Of a DNA stretch of 20,000 nucleotides, positions 1 through 9,838 are shown piece after piece. Where the stretch lies: contig JBNGIO010006185.1 in the NCBI GenBank assembly GCA_049999805.1, positions 149,775 to 169,774 on the forward strand. The letters are read 5' to 3'. Position numbers and translations under genes: made by a program. Source of the stretch: Folioceros fuciformis (lineage: Eukaryota). Every line of letters begins with the position of its first letter. Position 1 is the first letter of the stretch. The notes beneath the pieces were generated by a model. That model was not told the DNA's origin. It did not search any database and saw only the letters and a list, made by a program, of their open reading frames with translations.

Positions 1-224
1 GGGGCCAGGTTGTTGAAACGAATCCAGCGGAAGTCATGAAGACAGTGGAGGACATTCTCAAGTAAATCAACCACACCTGTTTCTGCTTCATATTCAGATT
101 CAACTCTGAATCTTCTGTTTGTGGTGTGTTTAGCGACGCATAATGGACGTCACTTTGTATTTGTAGGTTGGAACGGGCATCAGATCCTGCGCCAGTTGTT
201 GTGAAGGCTCAAGGGAAGCGATAG
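1..224 (+). CDS. 3' end of an unidentified spliced gene (partial; exons <1..61, 167..224)
   Basis: The frame from nt 3 reads GQVVETNPAEVMKTVEDIL. A GTAAAT donor at 62 and a pyrimidine-rich TTTGTAG acceptor at 166 give a 105-nt intron. Splicing continues in frame as KLERASDPAPVVVKAQGKR* (TAG 222-224). Family not recognised. Confidence 0.45.
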
Positions 225-380
225 TCCCAAGATTGCATTAGCATTTACTGTTGTCACTTTATGTGACAACAAATCCAGCTGCTCTGTGGACTTCGTTGTA
301 CATCCAGCATCCATTCTTGACGCAACAGTTTTTTTTCTTTCTACGAGAGTAGAGCTTTACATCGGACCGGTCTTGATCCC

Positions 381-1286
381 TCAAGTACGATGGGTCATGG
401 ATGACACCAGGGAGACCCTTTTTGTCACAGTTGGTCGGTCTCTAAGTCTCCCTGCAATGTCACTTTTCACGTCCTCAACAATTTTCCTCGGTGTCTGATT
501 TGCATCAACAACAAATATGCCTTCTTCCTTTTCTTCCATCTCAAGTGCCTCGATCTGAGATTGCAGCAGTGAGGGCGGCATGTAATGGTTGCCTTCCTTG
601 TGTCTAGCGACTACTCGTGTCATGAACAGATCATACGATCCCTGCAAATAGACAAAGAGTACACTGCCAGAGAAGGCTCCCCCACCTCTCCCACCCGAGT
701 TTACGAGAGCTGGATCCGCAGTCCGCAGGCTGTCTCTATACCGCTTCTTTAGAGCAGAACAAGCTAACACTACCATCTCACCCCGCACAATCTTGCTGTG
801 CAGAAGGTGCTTCAGTTCTTCTAACCATGGCCGGCGATCATCGTCCGTGAGAGGAATTCCAGCTGCCATTTTCTCTGCAAACGGCATGCAGGTCTCAAAA
901 ACTGAGCGTACAAAGCCGACTCCTCTCCTTCCACCCCCAGAACTATATACCTTTGTTTTGCTGCGAGTGAAAATCATCAGCATCAAAGAAAGAACACTCC
1001 AACTCCCTTGCCAGCTGCTCACCGATGGTCCTACAACAGCAACAAGTCTAAATTGATATGAGACTGCAGAAACGAAGAAGAGAGTCGTGAGAATCTCGAG
1101 TGCAGATAAATGGAGCTCACGTCTTCCCGGCTCCAGAGACGCCCATCATAATCACAGCTAGTTCTGAGAGAAAAAAACACTTGTGGTGACCTCGGTGGTT
1201 GCCCTCAAACGAAAGACGGCAAGGGAAGCTGGTGATCATGTCGTACCTGGCCGGTGAAAGCCATCAGTTCGAAATTCATGATCCAT
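381..1286 (-). CDS. GNTK: Gluconokinase (GntK/IdnK family), 4 exons: 1286..1247, 1163..1121, 1030..951, 874..381; ~218 aa
   Basis: GT-AG introns of 83, 90 and 76 nt join in frame. The product reads MDHEFRTDGFHRPELAVIMMGVSGAGKT (Walker A), TIGEQLARELECSFFDADDFHSQQNKEKMAAGIPLTDDDRRPWL, VVLACSALKKRYRD, HYMPPSLLQSQ, all hallmark gluconokinase motifs. Confidence 0.93.
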
Positions 1287-1711
1287 TGCCTCTTCGAACA
1301 GCAGAGCAGGGGTACTCTTACCCTAGGCGAGAGGCTGGAGGCAATGACGCAGCAGGACAGAACTTGTCACCAAACAGGACATGACGAGATTCTGGAACGT
1401 GTTGCACCCTGCTGCACAAGTGCAGGAATGAATGTACTTCGATTCCATCTGACCTGATGCCATACCATGCACACAAGTATTGCCACGCTTTTCTCTTCCA
1501 GGAAAGAGCAGCAGGCGTGGTGTGTATGTTGTTCCAAAAGTCCCGAAAAGAAGGAAGATGGAGAAGTAAGGGGACTTTCACTTTACGGAAACGTCATCTT
1601 TCATCTCGGGTTCGAGTGTGTGCAAAAATGCATGCTGAGGACGTCGATGTGTAGGAATGCAAGATTCTGGATCGCACTCGCTGATGCTGCTCTCTCAGGA
1701 TTCCCAAATTG

Positions 1712-2525
1712 CTAGACCTCCCAGTGCTGACCAGGAATCGAAAGAACCAGGTAGCGTTCCCGACCAGCCTGCAAACCTTCCGCCTTCTCCTGTGCTGCAA
1801 TCTGGAAACCAAATACATCGGCAAAACACTGAATGAGCTGTTCCGTCACATAATCCTGGGCCGGCTGTTCTGCAACTTCTCTTTCCAGCGACGTCACCTC
1901 CATATCAATCCCGCAAGGCACAATGTGGGAGAAGAAGTTCAAATCCGGCCGGATGTTAAAGGCCAGGCCATGGGAAGAGAACCCCCCACCAGAAATTCTC
2001 ACTCCGATGGCGCCGATCTTCCTGTCTCCCACCCACACCCCAGTCCGCTTCTCCATCCTCCCCTGTGCCAGCACGCCGTGCAGCCCGGCTGCCCGGATCA
2101 TCACGTCCTCCAGGCCTTCCACGTATCTGAGATTACACCACAATCTCCCATTAGACCTCGGATTCCTTGCTCCCTTCCAACTCTGCCTGTATTGCATCCT
2201 ACCTCCGGGCTCCTAGACGCAAGTCTCTGAGAGAGAGAATTGGATACAGCACGGCCTGCCCGGGGCCGTGGAACGTGATGTCTCCCCCGCGATCGGTGAA
2301 ATGCAGCTCCGCTCCCAGAGCAGCCAGCTCCTTGGGATCCTTCTTCAGGCTGCCCAAAGCTCCCCGCTTTCCAACCGTGTAAGTGGGGGGGTGCTGCAGT
2401 GAGAGCAGCGTGTCGGAGATGACCCCCTCTCGCCTCTGCGCCACCAGCTCGTTCTGCAGTGCCACGGCGTCCATGTATTTGACCAGGCCCAGCCGCCTCA
2501 CCACCAGCTTCCTCGCAGCTGCCAT
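1712..2525 (-). CDS. LIP2: Octanoyltransferase / lipoate-protein ligase B (LipB/LIP2), 2 exons: 2525..2203, 2126..1712; ~245 aa
   Basis: Motifs LSLQHPPTYTVGKR, TDRGGDITFHGPGQAVLYPI, GVWVGDRKIGAIGV, SHGLAFN and IVPCGI. A 76-nt GT-AG intron (2202..2127) joins the two listed ORFs in frame (AG|A = Arg). Confidence 0.93.
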
Positions 2526-3217
2526 TTGAGGATGCCAAAGGTGGAAAGGCTCTTGAACTGCGAGCGACCACCATTAATGCTCGATTTGGGCTCACCGCCT
2601 GGCGCGGTGATGCTGGTTGCGGCTGGAGTTGGGATAGGAAAGCTGGACGACGAGAATTGTGTAGATGGTGGCACCTTGTGGGTCTGTGAAGCCATGGTGG
2701 AGTGACGATGAAATGTCGGGGTGTTGAGGGCCGCTTGGTTGCGTCCAGCCTTAGGAAGGCGAGCAAGCAGGAATGGTGTAGACAGCTGTCTTCTCTGCAG
2801 GGTGGGTCTTTCTTGTCCGTTGCAATTCAGCTGCCTTGCTGGAGAAGGAGGTCTCTGATGTTGCGTTCACCTGGCTTTGCAGTTGAGAAATCTGGTCGGG
2901 AGGTGGTGCCGGGCAGGTTTCTTGGTGGTGCTTCGAAAGGGTGGAAGAGCAGCTTGAGTCAGGTGGTTTGATTGGGTAGCGTTCGTTTCACCGCCTGTAG
3001 GGAGCAGAATGACAATACGTGCTGTGCAGGACGCGGAAAGGGACTTCGTTGGGGAGTACCAGAGAGTACATCCGGGTCTTAGTCTGGACGGGTTCTTGAC
3101 AGCAGCTGACCACCATGGGGTTGAGCTGAGAGCTCAACTTCAGGACTTTGGGAGGTCCAAGTTTCTTCCGCCAGCGTTATTCTGCCAAATTTTTCTTCTT
3201 CTTGAGGTCTTGTAGGG

Positions 3218-6200
3218 ATGTGGAAATTCTTCATGAAGGAATGGAATGCTTTCTGTCTTGTTTTCACAATCCCCTCTTGCAGGACAGCGAGGTGTGAACG
3301 GGCTCTGCAGTCATGGACTGGAAGGAAGCAGTCCAGGGAGGGACAGCTGAATGCTGCCGTTGAAGTGCTGAACGATCTGGTGAGGGAAGGATTTTATGCT
3401 CCAGCATTGCTCTGGTATCATGTCCTCAGCATGTGCGTTGTCGAGAAGGATGTACATGTTGCCGAGCATGTCCATGCTCTTATTCTGGAAGGTGGGCAGG
3501 AGTCAAACACATTCGTGGCCAACCATGTTATCCGCATGTATGCTTCTCATGGAAGGTTGCAGCAGGCACTGCAGGTGTTTTCTAGTCTGGCTACTCCAGA
3601 CTCCTCAATGTGGGCTTCTATTATTCTGGCACATACTGGGCAGGGGCGGCCTGCAGAGGCCATCAGAATGTATCAGCAGATGCGACAGTCAGTGGTGAAG
3701 CCCAATAACTATGCTTTCATGGCAGCCCTGAAAGCATGCTCTTGCGCACTGGATTTTGCTGCAGGGAAGCAGGTCCATGCTGATGTTCTAGAAAGCATAG
3801 TCGAGCCCAATCTTTTTGTTGGCAACTGCCTCGTGGACATGTATGCGAAATGTGGGGGCTTAGAGTATGCCCGCCGAGTGTTTGACACGTTGCCCATTAG
3901 GAATGTGGTTACGTGGAACGCTATGATTGCCGGATATGTTCAACAGGGATTTGCTCAAGAGGCCCTTGCTCTATATGCCACTATGCCAAAGGATGGCAGC
4001 ATCTCAGCCGATCGTGTAACGTATGTGTGCCTACTGAAAGCATGCGCTAGTGTTAGAGCCTTAAGTGAGGGGAAGACGCTTCATTACCAGATTCAAGGCA
4101 CAGAATGGGAATCTGACGTGGTTGTTGGCAGCAGCTTGGTGGACATGTATGCCAAATGCGGGACATTAGAGCATGCTCGCGGAGTTTTTGACAGGATGCC
4201 TGCTAGAGATGTCGTAACTTGGACAGCCTTGATCGCTGGATATTCTCAACAAGGGCGTGCTCAAGAAGCCCTGAGCCTGTATTCATGTATGAGAAACGAG
4301 GGTGTCAGTACAGCTAATCATATCACATTTGCGTGTGTCTTGAAAGCATGCGCCAGTTTGGGAGCTCTCCGTGAAGGAAAGGAGCTTCACATTGAGATCC
4401 AGGATAAGGGCATGGAATTTGATGAGGTTGTTAGCAGTAGCCTTGTTGATATGTACACACAATGTGGCAGCCTCCAAGATGCTCGGGGATTGTTTGATAG
4501 GTTACCTGTGAAAGGTGTGGTGGCCTGGAATGCCCTAGCTAGAGGATATGCTCAGCAAGGGCTCCCTCAAGAAGCCCTTACTTTGTATGCAAGGATGCGC
4601 CGGGAGGATGTGCTTGCCAGTCACGGTACCTCTGTGTGCCTCTTAAAGGCATGTGCCAGCATTTGTGCCTTACACGAAGGACGACAGCTACATTTGCAGC
4701 TTGAGAGAAGAGGACTTGCAGCGGATCTCGTTATTGGGAGCAGCCTAATAGATATGTACGCAAAGTGTGGGAGCTTAGAGGATGCTCGCAGAGTGTTTGA
4801 TAGCTTGCCTGTTAAAAATGTGGTGACATGGACTGCCATAATTTCAGGGTATGCACAGCAAGGGGTTGCTCAGGAAGCTCTTGCCCTCTACACAAGAATG
4901 CAACAGGAAGGTATCACATCAGTTGACCGTGTCTTGTTCATGTGCCTCCTGAAAGCGTGTGCTGGCATCGGCGCTTTGCAGGGGGGAAAGGAACTGCACA
5001 CCCAGATTCAAGAACATGGGCTAGAGACCGATTTGGATGTCGCAAATAGCCTGATCGACATGTATGCAAAGTGTGGGAGCTTGGAGGATGCCTGCAGGGT
5101 GTTTGAAGGATTATCAACAAAAGATGTTGTGACTTGGACTGCCCTCATTTCAGGACTTTCCCACCACGGGCTTGGTGAAGAGGCTCTTGGTGTTTATGCA
5201 AGTATGCGGGCTGAGGGCATGACGCCAGCAAACAATGTAACTCTTGTATGCCTTTTAAAAGCATGCGGCAGCGTTGGAGCTCTAGATCAGGGTAAATGGA
5301 TTCACTCCCTGATTCAGGACAGAGGCTTAGACGCTGAAATGGTTCTTGGCAACTGTTTGGTGGATATGTATGCAAAATGTGAGAGCCTGGAAGATGCGCG
5401 TGGAGTGTTTGACAGATTACCTGTAAGAGATGTCACGATATGGACGGCCATGATAGCAGGATATGCTCGGCACGGGCCTGCTGAGGAGGCCCTTGTCCTT
5501 TATGCTAGTATGCAAGAGGAAGGTCTTGTTCCAGCGGACCATGTGACATTTGTATGCCTTCTTAAAGCATGTGCTGCTGTTGGGGCTCTACATCAAGGGA
5601 AGCAGCTTCATATTCAGATCCAGGAAAGAGGATTTGAGAGTGAAGTGGTTGTGGGCAACAGCCTGGTGGATATGTATGCGAAATGTGGAAGCTTAGAGGA
5701 TGCCTTCATCACGTTCGATAGATTACCAACAAGAAATGTGGTGACATGGAATACTTTGCTGGCTGGTTACAGCCAACATAATGATGGGAGAAAGGCAATC
5801 CAGTGTTTCCAAGAGATGCTGCAGCATGGGGTCGTGCCTGATGGCTCTACCTTCCTTTGTCTTTTCGTGGCATGCAGTCGCACGGGTCTAGTTGACGAGG
5901 GGCTTCAGTTCTTCAACAAAATGGTGCATGAGTATGGCATAAACCCTACAGTTTCTCACCATAATGCATTGGTTGACCTTCTTGGGCGGTCAGGCCGTTT
6001 ACATGATGCAGAAAGTATCTTGCAAACCATGCCAAGCACCAACAACATCGTCGGCTGGGTATCTTTGCTTAGCTCCTGCAAAGTCCACAGTGATCTGGAT
6101 CGAGGAGCCCGCTGTTTTGACCATATAGTTGGAGTTGAGCCCCAACATTCTGCGGCATATGTGTTGCTGGGAAACATCTATGCAAATGCTGGTAGGTGGC

Positions 6201-6637
6201 GGGATGTAGAGAGGATAGAAGCTCTGAGAAAGGCCGCAGGTGCTTGCAAGAAGCCTGCAAGGGCCTGGATTGAGGTGAACAACAAGGTTCAGGCATTTAC
6301 TGTGGGGCAAGACAGTGATGACGTCTTGTCCAAGCTAAGGAGTGTGAATCATCACTTAAATGGTGGAGGACCAAAACTGGTTTCTGAGGCAGACAGGGAA
6401 GATGCTTTGTGTGGACATGCTGAGAAACTGGCATTGGCTTATGGTCTACTGAACACTGCAGATGGCACAACTTTACTTGTCACCAAGAACCTCCGCATGT
6501 GTAATGACTGCCACATTGGCACCAAGGTCATGTCAAGAGTCGAAAAGAGAGAGATCGTAGTCAGGGACGCACATTGTGTTCACCGTTTTGTGAATGGATT
6601 TTGTTCTTGTGGCGATGGTCAATCATCAGTTTGCTGA
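3218..6637 (+). CDS. PLS-class pentatricopeptide repeat protein with E1-E2-DYW (KP subtype) deaminase domain; organellar RNA editing factor. True N-terminus may lie in upstream exons.
   Basis: A 1139-aa ORF with P-L-S triplets at ~306-nt period (LxDMYAKCG-type S motifs near 3836, 4142, 4448, 4751, 5057, 5363, 5669). These are followed by P2-L2-S2, E1 (IVGWVSLLSSCKVH), E2 (SAAYVLLGNIYANAGRW), KKPARAWIEV, HAEKLALAYGL, KNLRMCNDCH and HRFVNGFCSC. Confidence 0.96.
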   Translation: MWKFFMKEWNAFCLVFTIPSCRTARCERALQSWTGRKQSREGQLNAAVEVLNDLVREGFYAPALLWYHVLSMCVVEKDVHVAEHVHALILEGGQESNTFVANHVIRMYASHGRLQQALQVFSSLATPDSSMWASIILAHTGQGRPAEAIRMYQQMRQSVVKPNNYAFMAALKACSCALDFAAGKQVHADVLESIVEPNLFVGNCLVDMYAKCGGLEYARRVFDTLPIRNVVTWNAMIAGYVQQGFAQEALALYATMPKDGSISADRVTYVCLLKACASVRALSEGKTLHYQIQGTEWESDVVVGSSLVDMYAKCGTLEHARGVFDRMPARDVVTWTALIAGYSQQGRAQEALSLYSCMRNEGVSTANHITFACVLKACASLGALREGKELHIEIQDKGMEFDEVVSSSLVDMYTQCGSLQDARGLFDRLPVKGVVAWNALARGYAQQGLPQEALTLYARMRREDVLASHGTSVCLLKACASICALHEGRQLHLQLERRGLAADLVIGSSLIDMYAKCGSLEDARRVFDSLPVKNVVTWTAIISGYAQQGVAQEALALYTRMQQEGITSVDRVLFMCLLKACAGIGALQGGKELHTQIQEHGLETDLDVANSLIDMYAKCGSLEDACRVFEGLSTKDVVTWTALISGLSHHGLGEEALGVYASMRAEGMTPANNVTLVCLLKACGSVGALDQGKWIHSLIQDRGLDAEMVLGNCLVDMYAKCESLEDARGVFDRLPVRDVTIWTAMIAGYARHGPAEEALVLYASMQEEGLVPADHVTFVCLLKACAAVGALHQGKQLHIQIQERGFESEVVVGNSLVDMYAKCGSLEDAFITFDRLPTRNVVTWNTLLAGYSQHNDGRKAIQCFQEMLQHGVVPDGSTFLCLFVACSRTGLVDEGLQFFNKMVHEYGINPTVSHHNALVDLLGRSGRLHDAESILQTMPSTNNIVGWVSLLSSCKVHSDLDRGARCFDHIVGVEPQHSAAYVLLGNIYANAGRWRDVERIEALRKAAGACKKPARAWIEVNNKVQAFTVGQDSDDVLSKLRSVNHHLNGGGPKLVSEADREDALCGHAEKLALAYGLLNTADGTTLLVTKNLRMCNDCHIGTKVMSRVEKREIVVRDAHCVHRFVNGFCSCGDGQSSVC

Positions 6638-6825
6638 CACCCATTGCACCATTCTGGCAAAGGCTACACGACAGATGGCTTGATCATCACGCTTGAGTGA
6701 TGTGTACCAGAGAGGAGGAGTCTTTCATCTGGGCAGTCGTTTGGGGAGTCATCTTGTAAAGGAACTCCTTACTTCCTGCCTACGGGCTTTGCTCTGGTCC
6801 TGGCCTCACAGCCTGGGCGCCGGGG

Positions 6826-7258
6826 CCCTGGTGGCATCTTCCAGCTTCCCGCACCTTTGATTCTTCCTGCAACCAAAAGCCTTCAGCGGAGGAGCAGCAG
6901 TAGGTACCTTGTTGGAGTGTCGTGCTTAAGTATCTGCGAAGTGGTGCAGCTTGAGTGACAGCAGGAGAATGTGGTGACCACCGTCGTTTTGATAGCTGTC
7001 GTCTCTCCCACACAACTGGGTTTGTTGCAGATGCGTTGAACAAGCAGAACTCTCGAGCTTTCCACAAGTAGGAGTCCTTGGAGTGAGTAAGCACTTCGTT
7101 CACCTCACGCAGACTACGGATGCTAGCACACGCTTTCAGGAGGCAAATGAATAAGACACGATCAGATGGTACGATGCCTTTCCGTTGCATACTTTTGAGA
7201 GAGGACAAGGGCTGCCTAAGCAACCCCCCTGTTGTACGTACTCTGAAATCATAGCAGT
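6826..7258 (-). pseudogene. Decayed inverted PPR fragment derived from the neighbouring PPR gene or a close paralog
   Basis: The reverse complement of ~7075-7258 aligns with PPR 4832-5015 (SMQRKGIVPSDRVLFICLLKACASI vs RMQQEGITSVDRVLFMCLLKACAGI). After an ~200-nt unrelated insert, 6858..6826 reads CGKLEDATR, like CGSLEDACR at ~5070-5100. Frameshifted. Confidence 0.8.
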
Positions 7259-7632
7259 GGTGTCCTGGAAAGAAAAACCTCATCCCAGAAGCCTGATCAA
7301 GATGCGCGTCGTCGCCATGGGCATCATACCAGGTCATGGTGACTCCCATGCTTCCATCTTTCACTCCACGTTTTCTAGCTCTGTGATGAGCGATTCATGA
7401 AGTCAGGCGCTAACTTGGTACTCGTGCAGAAATGATGACGAGGATCAATCAGACATGCCGGCATCAGTGGAGGAGTAAGTAACATCAGCTTACAAATAGA
7501 GGACACCACATAAACATTCTTGCAGTCTGCACACGGCAAAACGGCTCAGCCTTCAAGGATTCTGCAGTCCGAGGCGAGGCTGGAAGCTGTGCAGGGAGGA
7601 AAGAGGAATCCGACGCTTCCCAAGATGTTCTG
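7215..7632. repeat. Left arm of diverged inverted repeat (partner ~10535-10935; third homolog ~13006-13277)
   Basis: 7603-7632 vs reverse complement of 10535-10564 is 29/30 identical. 7441-7475 is 28/35 identical to rc 10684-10718 and 31/35 to rc 13141-13175. 7251-7305 vs rc 13223-13277 is 44/55. Confidence 0.85.
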
Positions 7633-7830
7633 CGCTAAAGACATTCGACACAGTTCATCCTTTTCTCACTTTAATAAGATTAACATGACTTTTAGTTGGT
7701 CAAAGAATAAATCTACAACCATAAAAGCCGAAGTATGGTCCGAACTGCTAGAAACATTAGCAAGGTTGCTTACACAACAACCAACATCGAAATCCCACAG
7801 CACCCAACAAGGAAACTTTCCATGACCCAA

Positions 7831-8080
7831 GTGAGAAAACTTTGAGGAAACTTAAAAGTGAAGGGAGTTGCAGGACAATGGTGGGAGTTGAAGGATTGAG
7901 GAAACTTTGAAGGGAGTTGCAAGGCAGTGGGAGTCACAACACGAGAAAGACGAAGGATTGAGAAAACTTAAAATTGAAGGAGTTGGATAGTGGTGGGAGT
8001 AATAGAACCAGAAAGTTGAAGGATTGAGAAAACTAAAAAGTGAAAGTTGGAGATGTGAGAAAACTAAAAGGTGAAGGTGG
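7831..8080 (+). repeat. Degenerate purine-rich tandem repeat, ~5 copies of a variable ~30-65 bp unit
   Basis: Recurring GAAGGATTGAG(G/A)AAACT(T)AAAAGTGAAGG(G)AGTTG...GTGGGAGT modules. Confidence 0.7.
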
Positions 8081-8240
8081 TGTCCAAGGATAATGAATCT
8101 AAGAACAAGGAAACTTCGAAGCTCCTTATCATTGTAGTTTCACAAAAGAACACAAACTATCTAAGCTTTCTACATCTATGAGCTTTGGTTTGTAACATAT
8201 TAGAAGCTAGGTTCCTATAAATCCTCATTCTATTACAACC

Positions 8241-8828
8241 ATGACACACGTATATGTGAGATTGATCTTGTTATTACTCCTTTGGTTCCATCCCTGTTGC
8301 ACTTATACTGTTGTGGACATTCAATGCGCACCAACACCAACTCAAGGAATACTTTACACACTTCGCAATGTTGCAACAAGTATAGTGATAAGTGGGTCAA
8401 GGCTTGAATCTGCATTGTTCTCACTTGAGCATGGGCGATGGGTGAAGACTTGGACTTCATTCAACTTTCAACCGGTTATGACATTTGTAGCAGGAAAGGG
8501 TCAAAGATTGTTTCCAAGTGACTTAGACATTGTGGTTCCACAGCTCATGGAATTAGAACTACAACTATGTCTTGACACGGCCCGACGGTTTCTAGATGAA
8601 CAGTGCCCCATGAATCGACATCAAGGACAAGTCACAGTGAGAATTGAAGAGCAAGATCAAAATGATGAAGTGCCCACAAGGTGCCCAGTTTCACAAGCCA
8701 ATGCAACTTGCACTTTGGGTTTCTCTCCATACGAATCATTTCTTTATAGATTTTTTGACTGTACTGTTGACAATTGTTATAATTACTTTCCGCATAGTAA
8801 TATTTTCATAGCTGGTGTTCGTTACTAG
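8241..8828 (+). CDS. Uncharacterised secreted Cys-containing protein, paralog 1 (195 aa)
   Basis: Intact intronless ORF with an N-terminal hydrophobic signal (RLILLLLLWF). By hand alignment it is 95/147 identical to paralog 2 over the ungapped core and shares 7 Cys. ACAACCATG start context; TATAAA at 8216. Confidence 0.85.
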   Translation: MTHVYVRLILLLLLWFHPCCTYTVVDIQCAPTPTQGILYTLRNVATSIVISGSRLESALFSLEHGRWVKTWTSFNFQPVMTFVAGKGQRLFPSDLDIVVPQLMELELQLCLDTARRFLDEQCPMNRHQGQVTVRIEEQDQNDEVPTRCPVSQANATCTLGFSPYESFLYRFFDCTVDNCYNYFPHSNIFIAGVRY

Positions 8829-9110
8829 TTGAACAATCGCTAAGGTAGCCACATGATGAAGGAGGAGAGAAGAAAGCAAAGTCTCTCTCTGTATTGCAAG
8901 GGAGCTCAAGAGGGTATTTATACCCTCTAGAAGAAAATAACTATCAAGGAAGTTGCGCAAAAAACTAAAAATTAACTTAAGCCAATCTAAATAAATGATA
9001 CTTAACTAGACACTAATCTTAGACTAAACACATTAGTCTAAACTAGGCTTTAATAACCCTACATTAGTACTTAAAGAAATAAGAAAGTTCAAATATTTCT
9101 TCTTCAAACT
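8829..9110 (-). mobile_element. Possible degraded solo-LTR-like remnant
   Basis: The minus strand carries TATAAATA inside a 9-bp inverted repeat (AGAGGGTATAAATACCCTCT, 8909-8928), followed by a CT-rich tract, as in copia-type LTRs. There is a second hairpin at 9019-9041. No clean TG...CA termini or target-site duplication found. Confidence 0.3.
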
Positions 9111-9838
9111 TTAAAAGATTTCTACTTCTCTTTCTCTTCAGAAATGGTTGTTTTTGTGCATAAGTTTTTAGCATGGAAAAACCTCTATGTACAAAAATGG
9201 TTTTAGAAAAAACAACACCTTTCTCCTTAGACATTGTTTAAGATTATAAACTAAGAAATGCCATGCATGAAAATTTACTTCATATAATTGCACACTTTGG
9301 CATTGTAGTTTAGGGTTTGACAATATCTACTGCTTGCATATCATAAAATTGATATTTTTATGGTAGAAAACTAATGTAAGGTGTATTAAATACACATATT
9401 TGTTTTATTGAAAGAAAAGATAAAAAGCCTCGTTTACCTTGAAAATAAAAATGAGAAGGAATTATCCAAAGAGGATCCATTGAAGGCCAAAAAAGAGACT
9501 AATCTTTGTGTTGTAAGTGCAAACTCTAGGTGATATATATTATTGAAAAAGAGATAAAATTCTATCTACCCAAAGATAAGGAGGAATAACTTGAAGAGAG
9601 TTGAAGGCCAAAAAGGGAATAAGCCCTCAAATACCATTCCTAAAATTACATATTGTTCCAAAAATGTCGTCATGAAAAATAACAAAAGGCCTATCTATAC
9701 AACTAGTGTTAAAGAGACTACTCGATCTACACTTGTTGTTCTAAAGACCGCATTGGCCTCACAGTTCTTATAGTCTTTTTCTTTTTTAACACTACTTGAT
9801 CATATATGTTTAAATTTATTTTTATATAACTACATTAA

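Noticed and set aside
875-1022. N-terminal part of ORF 381..1022 as real protein
   Set aside because: It runs through a 76-nt intron and an out-of-frame exon. The spliced model restores the Walker A and DADDFH motifs.
1199-1715. Short ORFs between GNTK and LIP2
   Set aside because: No motifs; they lie in UTR/promoter space or antisense to real exons.
2197-2203. Programmed frameshift or split lipB gene
   Set aside because: A canonical GT-AG intron (2202..2127) explains the break.
3396-6310. Short alternative-frame and antisense ORFs inside the PPR gene
   Set aside because: Shadow ORFs of a repetitive coding sequence with no independent evidence.
9400-9620. Degenerate ~120-bp duplication (TTGAAGGCCAAAAA at ~9480 and ~9601)
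   Set aside because: Short matches in A-rich sequence; too weak to define a feature.
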